This document shows, piece by piece, positions 16,692 through 20,000 of a stretch of DNA of 20,000 bases. The DNA lies in the NCBI GenBank assembly GCA_964429275.1, contig CAYSBJ010000001.1, forward strand, positions 181,776 to 201,775, read 5' to 3'. The notes beneath the pieces were generated by a model. That model had not been told where the DNA came from and ran no database searches. It saw nothing but the letters and a program-made list of their open reading frames with translations. The stretch comes from an uncultured Pseudomonadota bacterium. GTDB taxonomy: Bacteria > Babelota > Babeliae > Babelales > JAUPTZ01. Both the position numbers and the translations under genes were made by a program. The stretch's first letter is position 1; each line of letters begins with the position of its first letter.

Positions 16692-16888
16692 CTCGCCTTT
16701 GCCACACTGCGCGCACATGAAATGCGCACGGTGGACTACGGCGTAGCGGATCCTCCAAAGGCATCAAGAGGCTTTCAAAGCCGTAATAATAACCACCGAC
16801 AGCGTGTCGCTAAGCCCGTAGGGTGAGCAGGCGAAGCGAGTGTCACGCCAAAGTCCCCGAAGGGGCGACGGCGGACTGAGAAAGCTCT
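16692..16888 (+). other. Highly structured non-coding element directly 3' of tRNA-Leu (candidate ncRNA or non-autonomous palindromic element)
   Basis: Long-range stem CACTCGC/GCGAGTG, at least five local hairpins and an imperfect inverted repeat (16735-16748 vs 16842-16855); see findings. Confidence 0.55.
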
Positions 16889-16915
16889 TTAAAAGCAATC
16901 CGGAGTACCCCTCCC

Positions 16916-17242
16916 ATGATCAATTGTATCTTCTGTAAAATAGCTTCTCGTGAGATCTCTGTATCTTTTGTGGCGGAAAATGACTCTGCGGTTGCATTCT
17001 ATGACCGTTCGCCGCAGGCACCGGTTCACATTCTTGTTATTCCTCGTGCCCATATTGCAAGCATCAACGACCTTACCGACCAATCCGGTCCGGTGATTGT
17101 TGGAATGATGGACCTTGTTCGCCAGCTTGCGCAAATCCATGGAAATTCCTCTGACAAAGGCTTTAATCTTAAAGTGAATACTGGGGCGAGTGCCGGGCAG
17201 GAAATCTTTCATATGCATTGGCACTTCCTCGCTGGCAAATAA
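16916..17242 (+). CDS. HIT-family nucleotide-binding protein (HinT-like)
   Basis: CIFCKIA, AFYDRSPQAPVHILVIP, NTGASAGQEIFHMHWHFLAG (HxHxH triad). GGAG RBS. Confidence 0.95.
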   Translation: MINCIFCKIASREISVSFVAENDSAVAFYDRSPQAPVHILVIPRAHIASINDLTDQSGPVIVGMMDLVRQLAQIHGNSSDKGFNLKVNTGASAGQEIFHMHWHFLAGK

Positions 17243-17269
17243 GCCACATTCTTTTGGGGAGGAAGGGGC

Positions 17270-18181
17270 GTGAAGTTTAGTCGTGCCCGCATAGTAAGTA
17301 CTGCGGCGGTAGTGCTCGTGAGCGGCTTTTTGATTTTTTTATCAGTTTTATTTCTGGTGCTTCGGGTGACTGTTGGCCACTCGTCTGGCAATCAGGAACG
17401 GCGCCAGCTAATGCGGAACTATGTGCAGCGTGTCCATAAGGGGCAAGAGGTTGCAATTCAGACGGCCGACGGCGTTAGCTTGGCTGGCATACTCATCAGG
17501 CGACCTGATGCTCATGGGACGGTTATTTTGTGTCATGGCTATCGGCATTCCAAAGAACTGATGGCTCGCTACCTCGGCATGTTCGCCCAATATAATGTTT
17601 TGCTGTTTGATTTTCGTGCTTTTGGCCAAAGCGGTGGCTTTTATTCTTCCATTGGCTATTACGAGAGTAATGATGTGAAGGCGGCCATTGCATTTGCGCG
17701 GCAGAAAATTCCGGCAGGACAATTGCGTCCATTGGTTGTTCTGGGTGTTTCAATGGGGGCAGCGGCCGCGTTGAAGGCGGCTGCAGAAACAGCGGTAGGC
17801 ATAGATGGCCTTATCCTTGATTCGCCGTATGCTACGTTAAGTGAAATTCTTGATGAAGCGGCAAGTAAATTTATTGCGATGCCAAGATCGGTGTTGAATG
17901 GCGTCGCCTGGGGATTGCAAAAGATCTTGGGTCCAATTTGTGATATGAGCCCGGAAAAATACATTTCCCGCGTGACGGTGCCGGTTTTCTTTATTCATTC
18001 TTGCTCCGATTCGACTACCAATGCATCGCACAGTATGCGCTTATTTAAACGAATGTCAGACGGTAGACGAGCCTGGACCTGGTTGTGGCTGACGCCGCCA
18101 GCCAAACATGCCTGTTCGTTCATTTCTTACCCACAGTGGTATACCAAGCGGGTACATCGCTTTTTAGCAAGCCTTTGCTGA
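17270..18181 (+). CDS. Membrane-anchored alpha/beta hydrolase
   Basis: N-terminal TM segment, VILCHGY, FDFRAFGQSGG, nucleophile elbow GVSMG, LILDSPY, PVFFIHSCSD, AKH. GTG start with GGAGG/GAAGGGG upstream. Confidence 0.92.
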   Translation: MKFSRARIVSTAAVVLVSGFLIFLSVLFLVLRVTVGHSSGNQERRQLMRNYVQRVHKGQEVAIQTADGVSLAGILIRRPDAHGTVILCHGYRHSKELMARYLGMFAQYNVLLFDFRAFGQSGGFYSSIGYYESNDVKAAIAFARQKIPAGQLRPLVVLGVSMGAAAALKAAAETAVGIDGLILDSPYATLSEILDEAASKFIAMPRSVLNGVAWGLQKILGPICDMSPEKYISRVTVPVFFIHSCSDSTTNASHSMRLFKRMSDGRRAWTWLWLTPPAKHACSFISYPQWYTKRVHRFLASLC

Positions 18182-18509
18182 ATTTTCATTGGTCAGGATT
18201 GCTTTGCAGGCTCGCAAAGATGGTTGGGCGCTGTCATTAGTGTTTTGTTTTCATACTCGTATTCTTTTGAATCCACCCTCTAGTGGCCGTAAATGCGCAA
18301 AAGCGCTGGAAGATTCATCTTTTTTTTTTAAAAATTGGGCTTGATTTTTTCCTGTGGCTGTTTAAAACTGTCCGCGATGTTACACATCAGGAGAGATAGT
18401 AAAAGCGTCGACGGGGAATTTTCTGCCGGGTTTTATCTTTACAGTCACGGTTGATTGTAGCTTGGTAGAGAAGGCGTCCGTTGCTTCCACAGCAGAAAGG
18501 GAATGGCCT

Positions 18510-19604
18510 ATGGTCGATCTCACATCTCTAACCAAGAACGTCTTTCATGGGCTCTCCATGGGATCACGAATATTTGGTCCACGCAAACCACGCCGCGTTG
18601 GGCCGAATAACATTATGAACTTCTTTATTGCGTATACCCGTCCGCACCTCATGTGGACGGAAGGGTTAAAGCATGGGCTCACCGATGCGTTGAGTACGGA
18701 AATGCCGCAAGTTCACGTTAATATTACTTCTTTTTTGTTGCCAACCGATCGTGGCAAGGCGCTGGATACGCTTCATTCGCATCCAGTCGTATCTGGTGCG
18801 GTCAAAGAACCCGGCCATACGTTTATCATCACCCCAGGGTGGAGCGAAACGATGGCCGTTAATCATGCACGGGCACGCGGTGTTGTGGGTCTTCCGCAGC
18901 TGTTTTGTCTGCCTTCATCGCCGACAGAGTTGTTTATGGCAGCTCATCAGCGTGAGGATCGTGCAGTAATTGGTGGGGTGCATGCCTGGCCAACTGAGCC
19001 AGAAAAGTACATTGACTTACTAACGGCGGTGCAAACAAAGAAAATATCTAAAGTTCTTATTCCAATTAACGAAACCGACGGTACACCGCATATGATTGAA
19101 ATTATGCGTTACCAGGTCGCAGAACTCAAAAAAGAGTTCGCGTTACATGGAATCGAAGTGGCAACACAGCGGTGGTCATATGAAAATATGGAGCGGTTTC
19201 ATATGCTCCACCACCTCAAAACCTGTGATGCAATAATAACACTGCATGAACCAACGGCAGATTTGCATGGCAAAGCGATAACGGACCTGTGCACAGTAGC
19301 GGGCAAGCTTCACTTTGCGTCGAATCTGGATTTGGTCTACCAAGGGGCTGCTATGGGCGTGGGAACGTTCTACAGCGACTTTGCTAAGCCGTTAACCGCG
19401 TTGATTGCCAAGTACTACGCTTCGCCATCGTTAGGCCTTGAATGGGAAACGTTTTGCATCCCGCCGCAATCCGGTGGCCGTGTAAACACGATTACCTGTG
19501 AAGCTCAAGGGGTCGAGTTGGATCGTAAGCAGAAAACCTTACTAGCTTCTGCCTCTATTCATGACTTGGATAAGCACGTTAACTATCTAGGCGGTAAGGA
19601 ATAA
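18510..19604 (+). CDS. Divergent ABC_sub_bind-like protein with no signal peptide
   Basis: FIITPG, LPQLFCLPSSP, VIGGVH, ISKVLIPIN, CDAIITLHE, LVYQGAAMGVG, VNTITCEAQGV align with the two minus-strand paralogues. GAAAGGGA RBS favours ATG 18510 over TTG 18462. Confidence 0.72.
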   Translation: MVDLTSLTKNVFHGLSMGSRIFGPRKPRRVGPNNIMNFFIAYTRPHLMWTEGLKHGLTDALSTEMPQVHVNITSFLLPTDRGKALDTLHSHPVVSGAVKEPGHTFIITPGWSETMAVNHARARGVVGLPQLFCLPSSPTELFMAAHQREDRAVIGGVHAWPTEPEKYIDLLTAVQTKKISKVLIPINETDGTPHMIEIMRYQVAELKKEFALHGIEVATQRWSYENMERFHMLHHLKTCDAIITLHEPTADLHGKAITDLCTVAGKLHFASNLDLVYQGAAMGVGTFYSDFAKPLTALIAKYYASPSLGLEWETFCIPPQSGGRVNTITCEAQGVELDRKQKTLLASASIHDLDKHVNYLGGKE

Positions 19605-19608
19605 ACGC

Positions 19609-20000
19609 ATGTCACGCACAAAAAGCTGTTTAGTTACGCATAAGATCGCCATCTTGAAGGGGCACGGAGACGTATCTCATCACGGAGCGGCCACTTCGCT
19701 TTCTCGACGGCTTTTTGTGCGTCGTCATGAGGTTTTTTCTTATTTACCAATTCTCTTTCAGGCTTTCTTTACAAAGCAATCGGTTGAGGCGCAAGTTGCT
19801 CTTGTAATTGAGCGTCAATGTGCGGCCATAGTTGTAATCGGCCGACACCTGGGAGTATTAGTACGTGAGGTTTTGCTGGAGGGTGGGTACGATATCCCCA
19901 TAATTCATAGTGGGCTTACCGAGCCACTCGAAGCAGCAAAGAACAGCGCTTCAGTTGTTGTTTCTCCACCGAGCGAAGAAGATATTGCTCGGTGTTTGGG
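19609..20000 (+). CDS. Further divergent ABC_sub_bind-like protein, N-terminal 130 aa; runs off the window
   Basis: Hand translation: MSRTKSCLVTHKIAILKGHG...SVEAQVALVIERQCAAIVVIGRHLG...YDIPIIHSGLTEP. AAGGA RBS; starts 4 nt after the previous stop; open to 20000. Confidence 0.7.
   Translation, partial: MSRTKSCLVTHKIAILKGHGDVSHHGAATSLSRRLFVRRHEVFSYLPILFQAFFTKQSVEAQVALVIERQCAAIVVIGRHLGVLVREVLLEGGYDIPIIHSGLTEPLEAAKNSASVVVSPPSEEDIARCL

Noticed and set aside
16463..16826. ORFs 16463-16729, 16570-16767 and 16611-16826
   Set aside because: They overlap the tRNA-Leu gene and are typical tRNA shadow ORFs.
16605..20000. tRNA-Leu as the attachment site of an integrated island or prophage
   Set aside because: No integrase is adjacent, I saw no duplicated tRNA 3' end in the window, and the downstream genes are housekeeping-like.

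Overview
Bacterial chromosomal window with no CRISPR array, rRNA, integrase or transposase visible. It starts with the 5' 531 codons of polA (minus strand, running off the left edge), divergent from ruvX/yqgF, a 60-aa Zn-ribbon gene and tsaB. Three exported hypothetical proteins follow. Next is a closely packed run of ABC exporter, chloramphenicol-phosphotransferase-like kinase, DUF4143-type protein, DUF167/YggU and an orphan GspF/PilC. Convergent with that run is a 619-aa Pro-rich exported protein with a C-terminal OTU-like Cys-protease motif set. The right part holds a 39-aa signal-peptide ORF, four divergent ABC_sub_bind-like paralogues with no permease or ATPase nearby (three lack a signal peptide), tRNA-Leu(CAA) followed directly by a densely base-paired ~195-nt element, a HIT protein and an alpha/beta hydrolase. 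The gene content suggests a host-associated, possibly protist-infecting bacterium such as Ca. Dependentiae/Babelota; this is inference only. The best leads are the OTU-like candidate effector, the leaderless substrate-binding-protein expansion, the tRNA-trailing structured element and the small secreted peptide.
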